From an uncultured Actinomycetes bacterium (lineage in GTDB: Bacteria; Actinomycetota; Acidimicrobiia; IMCC26256; BP-133), in contig CAVRTC010000003.1 in the NCBI GenBank assembly GCA_963723985.1, forward strand, positions 55,914-119,913: DNA of 64,000 nucleotides, read 5' to 3'. The notes under the pieces were generated by a model. The model worked only from the letters and a program-made list of their open reading frames with translations, searched no databases and was not told the origin of the DNA. Shown piece by piece: positions 57,020 through 64,000 of the stretch. Positions within the stretch are counted from its first letter, which is position 1; each line of letters begins with the position of its first letter. The position numbers were made by a program, and so were the translations under genes.

Positions 57020-57762
57020 GGCCGCTGTCGTTCCGGGGGATGCCCCCGAACCCCCGGGGCCCAATCCAGCGCCTGGCGGTAGCGGCGGAGCACTTCCTCC
57101 ACGACGCCCTCCACGGACAGGCCGGTGGTGTCGAGCACGACGGCGTCCGCCGCCACTGCCAGCGGTGAAGCGGCCCGCCCCGAGTCGATGGCGTCCCGGC
57201 GCCGGATGGCCTCCTGCGTGGCGTCGAGGCCGCCGCCACCCTCGCTCGCCGGTCTGCCACCCTCGCCGGCCACGCCGGCGGAATCGTCCTGGTGCTGGCG
57301 GCGTCGGGCCCGCTCCTCCTCGCTGGCCACCAGATAGATCTTGAGCAGCGCGTCGGGGGCCACCACCGTGCCGATGTCCCGTCCCTCCACCACGCCGCCG
57401 CCGTGAACCTCGATCCACTCCCGCTGGGCTCCCACCAGCACGACCCTGACCTCCGGGACCGCCGCCACCACCGACACGGCCCCGCTCACCTCGGCCGTGC
57501 GGATGGCGTCGTTCACGTCCCGGCCGCCGACGCGCACCGGCGGGCCGACGTCGAGGTCGAGCCGCTCGGTCAAAGCCGTGACCGAGGGGGCGTCAGCCGG
57601 ATCGAGCCCGGCGTCGAGCACGGCCCAGGTCACGGCCCGGTACATGGCGCCGGTGTCGAGGGCCGGGAGGCCGAGCGCCTCGGCCACCGCCCGGGCCACG
57701 GTCGACTTGCCCGACCCCGCCGGGCCGTCGATGGCGACGACGGGGATCTTCGGCGTGGTCAC
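57016..57762 (-). CDS. cmk: Cytidylate kinase
   Basis: VVAIDGPAGSGKSTVARAVAEALGLPALDTGAMYRAV..VVEGRDIGTVV. Confidence 0.93.
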   Translation of the reverse strand: MTTPKIPVVAIDGPAGSGKSTVARAVAEALGLPALDTGAMYRAVTWAVLDAGLDPADAPSVTALTERLDLDVGPPVRVGGRDVNDAIRTAEVSGAVSVVAAVPEVRVVLVGAQREWIEVHGGGVVEGRDIGTVVAPDALLKIYLVASEEERARRRQHQDDSAGVAGEGGRPASEGGGGLDATQEAIRRRDAIDSGRAASPLAVAADAVVLDTTGLSVEGVVEEVLRRYRQALDWAPGVRGHPPERQRP

Positions 57763-59126
57763 GCCGTCACCGAGGCCAGGTCGCCGGCAAAGCCGGGGTA
57801 CGACGAGGCGACGGCCCGCCAGCCCCGCACGGTGGACGGGCCGTCGCAGGCGTTGGCGGCGATGGCCGCCGCCATGGCGATCCGGTGGTCGCCGTGACTC
57901 TTGAGCAGGGCGGGGCGGGGGGCGCCGCCGGTGATCACGAGTCCGTCCGCCCTGGATTCGACGGCCACGCCCAACTGGGAGAGCTCCTGGGCGATCGTGC
58001 CGATCCGGTCCGATTCCTTCACCCGCAGCTCGGCGGCGTCGGCCACTTCGGTGGCGCCGGCGGCGAAGGCGGCCGCCACCGCCAGGGCGGGGATCTCGTC
58101 GATCACCCGGGGGATCTCGTCGCCCGACATCGTCGTGGCCCGCAGCGGCGAGGCGACAGCCCGGATGTCGCCCACCGGCTCGCCGCCCCGCTCCTCCTTC
58201 ACGGCGACCTCGACGTCGGCGCCCATCCGCCGGAGCACGTCGATGAAACCGATGCGGGTGGGGTTGAGGCAGACGTCTTCCACCACGAGGTCGGAGCCGG
58301 GGGTGATGCAGGCCCCGACGACGAAGAAGGCCGCCGCCGACGGGTCACCGGGGACGGCCAGGTCGATCGGGGTCAGCCCCCCGGCCGCCACCGGCTCGAC
58401 CCGCACGCCGCCGGCCACGGCCTCGAGGCGGGCGCCCATGACCGGGAGCAGCCGTTCGGTGTGGTCGCGGGACAGCGCCGGCTCGGTCACCTCGGTGGCG
58501 CCGGTGGCCTGGAGGCCGGCCAGCAACAGGGCGGTCTTGACCTGGGCGCTGGCCACGGCCAGCTCGTGGCGGAGGCCCCGCAGGCCGCCGCCCCGGATCG
58601 TCAGGGGCGCCAGACGGCCGCCGTCGCGCCCGTCGATATGGGCGCCCATCCGCCGGAGGGGATCCACGACCCGGCCCATCGGCCGGCGGGCGATCGACGA
58701 GTCGCCGGTGAGCACGCTGTGAAACGGCCGCCCGGCCAGGACCCCGGCCAGCAGCCGGATCGAGGTGCCGGAGTTGCCGCAGTCGATCACGGTCTCAGGC
58801 TCGACCAGGCCGCCGAACCCGGCGCCCCGGACGATCAGCACGGGACCGATCCGCTCGCCGGCGACCGCCGCTTCGCCCGGCGAGCCCGCTCCGGCGCGGA
58901 CCTTGGCGCCCAGGGCCTCGATGGCCAGACGGGAGCGGACAACGTCGTCGCCGTCGGCCAGCCACCACAGGCGGCTGGTCCCCGAGGCCAGGGCGGAGAA
59001 GAGCAGGGCCCGGTGCGAGATCGACTTGTCCCCCGGCACCCGCAGCCGTCCCCGCAGCGGCCGGGGGCCGGTGACCGCCAGCTCGGCCGGCAGCCCGTCG
59101 GTGGGCATCGCTTCCGTGGCGGTCAC
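57759..59126 (-). CDS. aroA: 3-phosphoshikimate 1-carboxyvinyltransferase (EPSP synthase)
   Basis: LRVPGDKSISHRALLFSALASG..NSGTSIRLLAGVLA..KESDRI..DHRIAMAAA. Confidence 0.95.
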   Translation of the reverse strand: MTATEAMPTDGLPAELAVTGPRPLRGRLRVPGDKSISHRALLFSALASGTSRLWWLADGDDVVRSRLAIEALGAKVRAGAGSPGEAAVAGERIGPVLIVRGAGFGGLVEPETVIDCGNSGTSIRLLAGVLAGRPFHSVLTGDSSIARRPMGRVVDPLRRMGAHIDGRDGGRLAPLTIRGGGLRGLRHELAVASAQVKTALLLAGLQATGATEVTEPALSRDHTERLLPVMGARLEAVAGGVRVEPVAAGGLTPIDLAVPGDPSAAAFFVVGACITPGSDLVVEDVCLNPTRIGFIDVLRRMGADVEVAVKEERGGEPVGDIRAVASPLRATTMSGDEIPRVIDEIPALAVAAAFAAGATEVADAAELRVKESDRIGTIAQELSQLGVAVESRADGLVITGGAPRPALLKSHGDHRIAMAAAIAANACDGPSTVRGWRAVASSYPGFAGDLASVTA

Positions 59127-60244
59127 CCCAGCTCCCGGCGGGTGGTGTGATAGCCGAGCTCGCCGAGGCCGGTCACGATGGCGTCGGCCCCCGACGCCGG
59201 CACGACCATCAGCAGGACGCCGCCGGTCGGGCCGTGGCTGATGTCGAGGTCGACGATGTTGACGCCGCGGCGGCCGGCCAGAGTGGTCACCTCGGCCAGA
59301 ACACCGGGCCGGTCGGGCACCGGCATCGACAGCTCCACCAGCGGCCCGGCGCTGGCCGCCCGTTCCGGCAGGTTCGACACCTCGGCCCGGGCGATCTCGA
59401 AGAAGTCGAGCAGGGGCCCCCGCTCCTCCGCCGCGACGAGTTCCCGGACCCGCTCCAGCTCCTTCATGTAGCGGTCGAGGACGCCGAGGATCGCCGCCCG
59501 GTTCTCGACACAGATGTCGGGCCAGATGCCGGCTGACCGTCCCGACACCCGCGTCAACGCCCGGAAACTGCCGGCGGCCAACCGGCGCAGCGTCTCGTGG
59601 TTGGCTTCGTCGTCGGTCGCCAGGTGCATGACGGCGCTGGCAGCCAGGTGCGGCAGGTGGCTGACGATGGCCACCAGCTCATCGTGCAGCTCCGGCTCGA
59701 CGGCCATGATCTTGGCCCCGGTGAGGGCGACGAGGTCCCGCACCGCGGTGAACGCCCCAGGATCGGTGGTGGCGGTCGGGGTCAGAACCCAGGCGGCGCC
59801 GACGAACAGATCGGCGTCGGCCCCCTCGATGCCCTCCTCCCCGGCTGAACCGGCCATCGGATGGCCGCCGACGAATCGGGAGGCGGCCCCGCCCACCTGG
59901 GCCTCGACGGCCCGGACGACCGGTGCCTTGACGGATCCGACGTCGGACACGGCTCCGACCCCAGCGTCGAGGGCCGCAGCCACGGCGTCGGCCACCGCCG
60001 ACACGGTGACGGCGACGAAGGCCGCGTCGGCACCGGCGTAGGCCTCGGCCAGGGAGCCGGCGCCGACGTCGATCACGCCCCGATCCACCGCCCGGGCCAG
60101 CCGTTGGGCGTCGGCGTCGTAACCCTGCACCCGCAGCCCGGCCCGCCGCAGGGCGAGAGCGAGCGACCCGCCGATCAGGCCGGTGCCGACCACCGCAACC
60201 GTGCCCGGTGAGTACTCGAATTTCATGCTGCTACTGCTGGCCAT
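59123..60244 (-). CDS. tyrA: Prephenate dehydrogenase with a C-terminal ACT domain (start at 60244 or 60226)
   Basis: VAVVGTGLIGGSLALAL (Rossmann), GGHPMAGS, and an ACT-like tail VPDRPGVLAEVTTLAGRRGVNIVDL. Confidence 0.9.
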   Translation of the reverse strand: MASSSSMKFEYSPGTVAVVGTGLIGGSLALALRRAGLRVQGYDADAQRLARAVDRGVIDVGAGSLAEAYAGADAAFVAVTVSAVADAVAAALDAGVGAVSDVGSVKAPVVRAVEAQVGGAASRFVGGHPMAGSAGEEGIEGADADLFVGAAWVLTPTATTDPGAFTAVRDLVALTGAKIMAVEPELHDELVAIVSHLPHLAASAVMHLATDDEANHETLRRLAAGSFRALTRVSGRSAGIWPDICVENRAAILGVLDRYMKELERVRELVAAEERGPLLDFFEIARAEVSNLPERAASAGPLVELSMPVPDRPGVLAEVTTLAGRRGVNIVDLDISHGPTGGVLLMVVPASGADAIVTGLGELGYHTTRRELG

Positions 60245-60265
60245 CGAATGAAATTCGAGTACTCA
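60209..60265 (-). promoter_or_regulatory. Perfect 18-bp inverted repeat (AT-rich) with a 21-nt loop spanning the aroH stop / tyrA start region
   Basis: TGAGTACTCGAATTTCAT (60209-60226) is the exact reverse complement of ATGAAATTCGAGTACTCA (60248-60265). One arm encodes tyrA MKFEYS; the other begins 1 nt after the aroH stop. Confidence 0.8.
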
Positions 60266-60266
60266 T

Positions 60267-60644
60267 TTATTCCGGAAGGTCGTCCCGCAGGACGCGGGCG
60301 CCTTCGAGGTAGACGTGGTGCAGCTCGTCGCGGCCGCGCTCGCTGTAGAGGTGCATCAGCACCCTCACGCACAACGGCATGCCGTGGGCGATGCCCAGCT
60401 CCCGGGCGCACAGCAGCGGCACGTCGCCGAGCCCCAGTGCCCGGGCCGCCGTCGCCGGGAACTCGCTGGTGACGTCGTCCGTGGCCGTGAAGATGATGCT
60501 GACGAGGTCGTCGTGGTTGACGTCGTTGCGGGCCAGCATCTCCTTCACCAGCCGCTGGGTCTTCTCGGAGACCTCGTCGCGCGTGTCGGCTTCGAGCGTG
60601 ATCGCTCCCCGCAGCGCGAGCAGACGAGGTTCCCGTGCCGTCAT
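60267..60644 (-). CDS. aroH: Chorismate mutase, AroH class
   Basis: LLALRGAITLEADTRDEV..DDLVSIIFTATDDVTSEFPA..PLLCARE.. Internal ATG at 60644 within ORF 60267..60737. Confidence 0.85.
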   Translation of the reverse strand: MTAREPRLLALRGAITLEADTRDEVSEKTQRLVKEMLARNDVNHDDLVSIIFTATDDVTSEFPATAARALGLGDVPLLCARELGIAHGMPLCVRVLMHLYSERGRDELHHVYLEGARVLRDDLPE

Positions 60645-60675
60645 GGCGCGAGCGTATGCGATGACGCCTGGCGGT

Positions 60676-60993
60676 TCAGGCGCTGTGGTTGTCGGGTTGA
60701 ACGGTCGGGGTGGCGCGCCGGGCCAGGAACGCGCCACCCCGCCGTTCTATGTCGAGCGCCTGCTGGAAGGCACGCTGCTGACGCACCTGCGCTCGATCTT
60801 GGGAGCGGTCCTCGAGCCCGGCGATCAAGGCGAACGACCGCTCGGCGGGGACCGGCATCAAGCGGGCACCGGCCAGAGCCTCGTCGCAGCGGTGCCGAGC
60901 CCACCGACTCGCCCACTCTGCAGCGACAACTGCGACTCCGATGCCCACTCCCCACATGACTCCTGCCACGCCACAATGGTACGCAATTCGCAC
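60676..60993 (-). CDS. Hypothetical small membrane protein (105 aa)
   Basis: One TM (GVAGVMWGVGIGVAVVAAEW), then a charged helical tail. Divergent from the XRE gene. TTGACA lies at 60996-61001 in the intergenic region. Confidence 0.35.
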   Translation of the reverse strand: MRIAYHCGVAGVMWGVGIGVAVVAAEWASRWARHRCDEALAGARLMPVPAERSFALIAGLEDRSQDRAQVRQQRAFQQALDIERRGGAFLARRATPTVQPDNHSA

Positions 60994-61141
60994 CTCATTG
61001 ACAAGAACTTCGTCGAAATCAGGTAAATCGAGCCAAAGCTCCGGGGCCGCTCGGCGAAGTGTGCGGGAATGCTTGTAGAAGGACTTACTTTCAAGCAGTA
61101 TCGGAGGGAGTCAACACGGAGAGCGCACGGCGACAGGAGAG

Positions 61142-61549
61142 GTGGGACGCATCGTGGCCGAACCGTCGAAGAGCGAGCAGACGGACGGGGTCGATTGGGC
61201 CGCGGTCGGCCAGTACATCGGTGAGCACCGCCGTCGTCTGGGCCTATCGAAGAACGAGGCCTCCCGGCGTGCCCGGGTGTCGAACACCACCTGGCGCCAA
61301 ATCGAGGCCGGCCAGAACGATCACCCCACCGACGAGACGCTCGTCCGCATGGCCCGGGCGCTCCTCCTCGACCCGGGCGAGCTCATGCGCCAGTGCCAGC
61401 GGCGCTACGTGGAGGCGCCGTCCGTGCGGGATCTGCCGCCGCTCGGGCCGCCGATGGCCCTGCTCGAGGTCCTGGAGTCCGACCGGCGCCTCGACCCCCG
61501 GGCCCGACGGGTCCTCATGGAGCTGTACGACCTGCTGTCCTCACGCTGA
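61142..61549 (+). CDS. XRE-family helix-turn-helix protein (135 aa)
   Basis: IGEHRRRLGLSKNEASRRARVSNTTWRQIEAGQN, the classic Cro/C1-type HTH pattern. Confidence 0.7.
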   Translation: MGRIVAEPSKSEQTDGVDWAAVGQYIGEHRRRLGLSKNEASRRARVSNTTWRQIEAGQNDHPTDETLVRMARALLLDPGELMRQCQRRYVEAPSVRDLPPLGPPMALLEVLESDRRLDPRARRVLMELYDLLSSR

Positions 61550-61958
61550 CCGGGCGTTTCGCCGGCGCCGCCCGGCGCCCTGACGGCAACTCGTCGGGAG
61601 GCGCCATCGACGCCGCCAGACGCATGCGGAGGCGGTTGATCTGGGTGCGGAGCTGGCGGACCTTGCGGTCATGTTCGGTCTCGACGACGGCGACGATCAT
61701 GTCGACCTCGTCGGACTCCGCCGAGTCGGCCGTGTCGCGGAGGTCGACGACCCGCAACACAGCGCGTCGCTCGGGCTCGGGACCGGTGTCGGTCTCGGCG
61801 TCGGTCTCGTAGTCGTATCCGACCGTCCCCACGTTTCGGTCGAGGGTGTCCTGCTGCTCCTCGCACCATTCCTCGAGGAACGCAACATTGTCCTCAATAG
61901 CAGCTACACGCATCGCTAATGCTCTCAGCTGCTGCTGATCCTCGTAAGTTTCGTCCAT
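61515..61958 (-). CDS. Hypothetical acidic coiled-coil protein (147 aa)
   Basis: MDETYEDQQQLRALAMRVAAIEDNVAFLEEWCEEQQD.., a DE-rich centre and a basic helical tail. An AT-rich upstream region lies at 61960-62120. Confidence 0.45.
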   Translation of the reverse strand: MDETYEDQQQLRALAMRVAAIEDNVAFLEEWCEEQQDTLDRNVGTVGYDYETDAETDTGPEPERRAVLRVVDLRDTADSAESDEVDMIVAVVETEHDRKVRQLRTQINRLRMRLAASMAPPDELPSGRRAAPAKRPVSVRTAGRTAP

Positions 61959-62123
61959 CCCCGTCTGCCCGTTGCAGCGAACAGTGCCCCAACACACTCT
62001 TTATCCAACCAGTGCCGCTGTCAACCCAAAAGCCACGACAAACAAATAGGACAGGAAAGAACGATCCATCAACAAATGATTGAGATTCACACAGTGGCGA
62101 CACTCTTGTGCCACAAGGGAATC

Positions 62124-62939
62124 TTAAACCTCAGTGCCATCTCCGGCCTCGGAAATTACAGGCTCGATTGCAGCGTAGAGCGCTCGAATTTCGGCTTGTG
62201 TAAGAGGCCTCCATTGACCCGGAGCGAGGCGGTTCTCGTGCAGTGGCCCGAAACGGGTGCGGACGAGGCGACGAACCGGGTGACCGACCGCCTCGCACAT
62301 CCGCCGCACCTGGTGGTTGCGGCCCTCGTGGATGACGATCTCCAGAGCGGCCCCGGTCGGTGTCGCCTGGGCCAGGCGGGCCCGGGCCGGAGCGGTGCGG
62401 CCGTCGTCGAGGTCGACGCCCTCCCGGAGGCGCCGGAGGGCGGCCCGCCCCGGCACCCCGGTCACCTCCGCCAGGTACGTCTTCGGCACCCCGCGGCTCG
62501 GATGGGCGAGCCCCTGGGCGAGGTCTCCGTCGTTGGTCAGGAGGAGGAGCCCTTCGGTGTCCCAGTCGAGCCGCCCGACGGGGAACACGCGGGGGTCGGT
62601 GGGGACGAGATCGACCACGGTCGGGCGGCCCTCAGGATCGTGGGCGGTGGTGACCACCCTGACCGGCTTGTTGAGCAGGTAGTAGACGAACCCCGACCGG
62701 ACGGGGATGGTGACGCCGTCAACCATCACGTGGTCATGCTCCGGGTCCACCCGCCGCCCCAGCGAGGCCACCTCCCCGTTGACGGCGACCCGGCCTTCCT
62801 CGATCAGGGCTTCGGAGGCCCGCCGGGATCCGAACCCGGCCCGGGCCAGGACCTTCTGGAGCCGCTCACCGCCCTCCGGGGGGACCGCCGGCCCCGGGCC
62901 CTCGGACCCTGGCCCGGTCAATCCACCGGGGCGTCCCAC
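62124..62939 (-). CDS. rluB: 23S rRNA pseudouridine synthase RluB-type (S4 domain + RsuA family)
   Basis: RLQKVLARAGFGSRRASEALIEEGRVAVNG..VGRLDWDTEGLLLLTNDGDLA..KTYLAEV. Confidence 0.92.
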   Translation of the reverse strand: MGRPGGLTGPGSEGPGPAVPPEGGERLQKVLARAGFGSRRASEALIEEGRVAVNGEVASLGRRVDPEHDHVMVDGVTIPVRSGFVYYLLNKPVRVVTTAHDPEGRPTVVDLVPTDPRVFPVGRLDWDTEGLLLLTNDGDLAQGLAHPSRGVPKTYLAEVTGVPGRAALRRLREGVDLDDGRTAPARARLAQATPTGAALEIVIHEGRNHQVRRMCEAVGHPVRRLVRTRFGPLHENRLAPGQWRPLTQAEIRALYAAIEPVISEAGDGTEV

Positions 62940-63835
62940 GCCGGGTCGACGTCGCTCAAGGTCGCCTGACCCGCGCCGGGCCGGGCGGGAGCGGTCCGCC
63001 GCCGGCGGACCGGATCGAACCGGATACCGCCCCGGGAGGACTCGGCCAGCCGGGCCTCGAGCTCCTCCATGACACCTGGATCGGGGACGAGATCGGCCAG
63101 CGCCGGGAGCTTCTCCAGCGATTCCAGCCCCAGGCGCTCGAGGAACAGGCGGGTCGTCCCGTACTGGACCGGATGCCCGACCCCCTCGGTCCGGCCGACC
63201 TCCTCGATGTACCCCCGGTCGAGCAGGCTGCGGACGACGCCGTCAACGTCGACGCCCCGCACCGCCGAGAGCTGGGAGCGGGTCACCGGCTGCTTGTAGG
63301 CGATGACCGCCAGTGTCTCGAGGGCGGCGGCCGACAGCCGGGCGTGGCGGCCTTCGAGGAGGTAGCGCTCGACGTAGGGCGCCAGTTCGGGGTGAGTCTG
63401 GAAGCGGTAGCCGCCGGCCACCTTGACCAGAATGAAGCCGCGGCCGGCGCATTCTGCGGCCAGCAGGGCGCACAGGCCCTCAACCTCGGCGACCGGCCGC
63501 TCGATCAGCTGGGCCAGCACCTGCGGCTCGACCGGTTCGGTGGCGGCCATGAGCACGGCCTCGATGGCCCGCCGCCACTCGTCCGGCTGGCGGGAAGCCT
63601 CCGGCTCCGGTGCCGGTGGCGCGGTGTGGACTGCCACCTCTGGCTCAGGTGTCGCCGGTTCGAAGGCAGCCTCCGGCGCCGCCTCCGTCCCCGCCTCATC
63701 GCCCTCGGGGGGGGCGCCCTCCGACGCCGGGTACTCCCAGTCGTCCAGGTCGTCGTCGTCTGCTCGCACCTCAGCAACGTGCGAGGCCGCGCTCTCGAGA
63801 CCCTCCGGCTCGCCGTTGCTTCGGTGCTCGGTCAT
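62918..63835 (-). CDS. scpB: Segregation and condensation protein B
   Basis: AIEAVLMAATEPV..GFILVKVAGGYRFQT..LSAAALETLAVIAYKQPVTRSQLSAVRGVDVDGVVRSLLDRGYI. ATGA junction with scpA. Confidence 0.92.
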   Translation of the reverse strand: MTEHRSNGEPEGLESAASHVAEVRADDDDLDDWEYPASEGAPPEGDEAGTEAAPEAAFEPATPEPEVAVHTAPPAPEPEASRQPDEWRRAIEAVLMAATEPVEPQVLAQLIERPVAEVEGLCALLAAECAGRGFILVKVAGGYRFQTHPELAPYVERYLLEGRHARLSAAALETLAVIAYKQPVTRSQLSAVRGVDVDGVVRSLLDRGYIEEVGRTEGVGHPVQYGTTRLFLERLGLESLEKLPALADLVPDPGVMEELEARLAESSRGGIRFDPVRRRRTAPARPGAGQATLSDVDPAWDAPVD

Positions 63836-64000
63836 GGCCGGGCCGGCTCCTCCCAACCCGGGGGAGCCTCGTCGATGGTGGGCTCTTCGGGCGGGGCGGC
63901 CCGGACGACGAGGTCGCCGAAGGCGTCGATCTGCTCGATCTCCACCAGCCCCCGCTTGAAGAGCTCGAGGACGGCCAGGAAGCGGACGATGTACTCCAGC
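63832..64000 (-). CDS. scpA: Segregation and condensation protein A (3' end only; continues beyond the window)
   Basis: The reverse-strand translation ends ..LEYIVRFLAVLELFKRGLVEIEQIDAFGDLVV..*, with the stop overlapping the scpB ATG. Confidence 0.8.
   Translation of the reverse strand, partial: LEYIVRFLAVLELFKRGLVEIEQIDAFGDLVVRAAPPEEPTIDEAPPGWEEPARP

Noticed and set aside
60248-60472. Plus-strand ORF starting MKFEYS
   Set aside because: Its first 18 nt are simply the mirror arm of the inverted repeat that copies the tyrA start. The rest is Arg/Gly/Ala shadow sequence antisense to aroH.

Overview
High-GC (roughly 70%) actinobacterial-type chromosomal segment. The gene content suggests Actinomycetota, possibly an Acidimicrobiia-like lineage, but I cannot verify that without a search. 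I can support about 60 protein genes, one tRNA, no rRNA and no CRISPR array. All functional calls rest on motifs read from the supplied translations and on gene-junction structure; no database search was possible.

Layout:
(1) 0-6.8 kb: the tail of a LivG-like ABC ATPase, a degenerate ~300-bp tandem repeat, then an oxidoreductase cluster (LLM flavin oxidoreductase, sulfotransferase, SDR, BVMO-type monooxygenase).
(2) 6.8-16.1 kb: an accessory, decaying region. It holds frameshift-riddled remnants of a second copy of the module described in (4), a lower-GC segment with a 10-bp tandem repeat, tRNA-Pro(GGG), a 4.5-kb islet bounded by a perfect 43-bp direct repeat of the tRNA 5' half (no integrase; two large hypothetical genes and a coupled unknown+GNAT pair), and vapBC.
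(3) 16-26 kb: a Thr-rich surface protein, a membrane protein, a GGDEF-EAL protein, and a leucine/isoprenoid-type catabolic set (HMG-CoA lyase, TetR, methylcrotonyl-CoA carboxylase beta and alpha).
(4) 26-45 kb: a catabolic supercluster. It comprises acyl-CoA synthetase, ferredoxin, P450, SDR and MaoC; a divergent LAL/LuxR regulator; and a 12-gene translationally coupled operon. That operon contains a degenerate ABC ATPase, amidohydrolase, acyl-CoA dehydrogenase, CoA-transferase, a LIV-type SBP, a fused permease, an ATPase and an enoyl-CoA hydratase. Interleaved in it are three paralogous small membrane proteins and a C-terminally anchored secreted protein, none of which I can place in a known family. 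This is my best candidate for an undescribed system.
(5) 45-64 kb: mostly housekeeping (O-methyltransferase, der, DUF512-like, ispH, DsbB/TlpA pair, AtuA-Pta, plsC-cmk-aroA-tyrA-aroH, rluB, scpB, scpA) with a small lower-GC three-gene insert.

At least 8 otherwise intact genes carry single-base frameshifts, often at homopolymers. These most likely reflect consensus errors, so pseudogene calls should be treated cautiously. Many very long ORFs in the track are antisense shadows typical of high-GC DNA and were not called.
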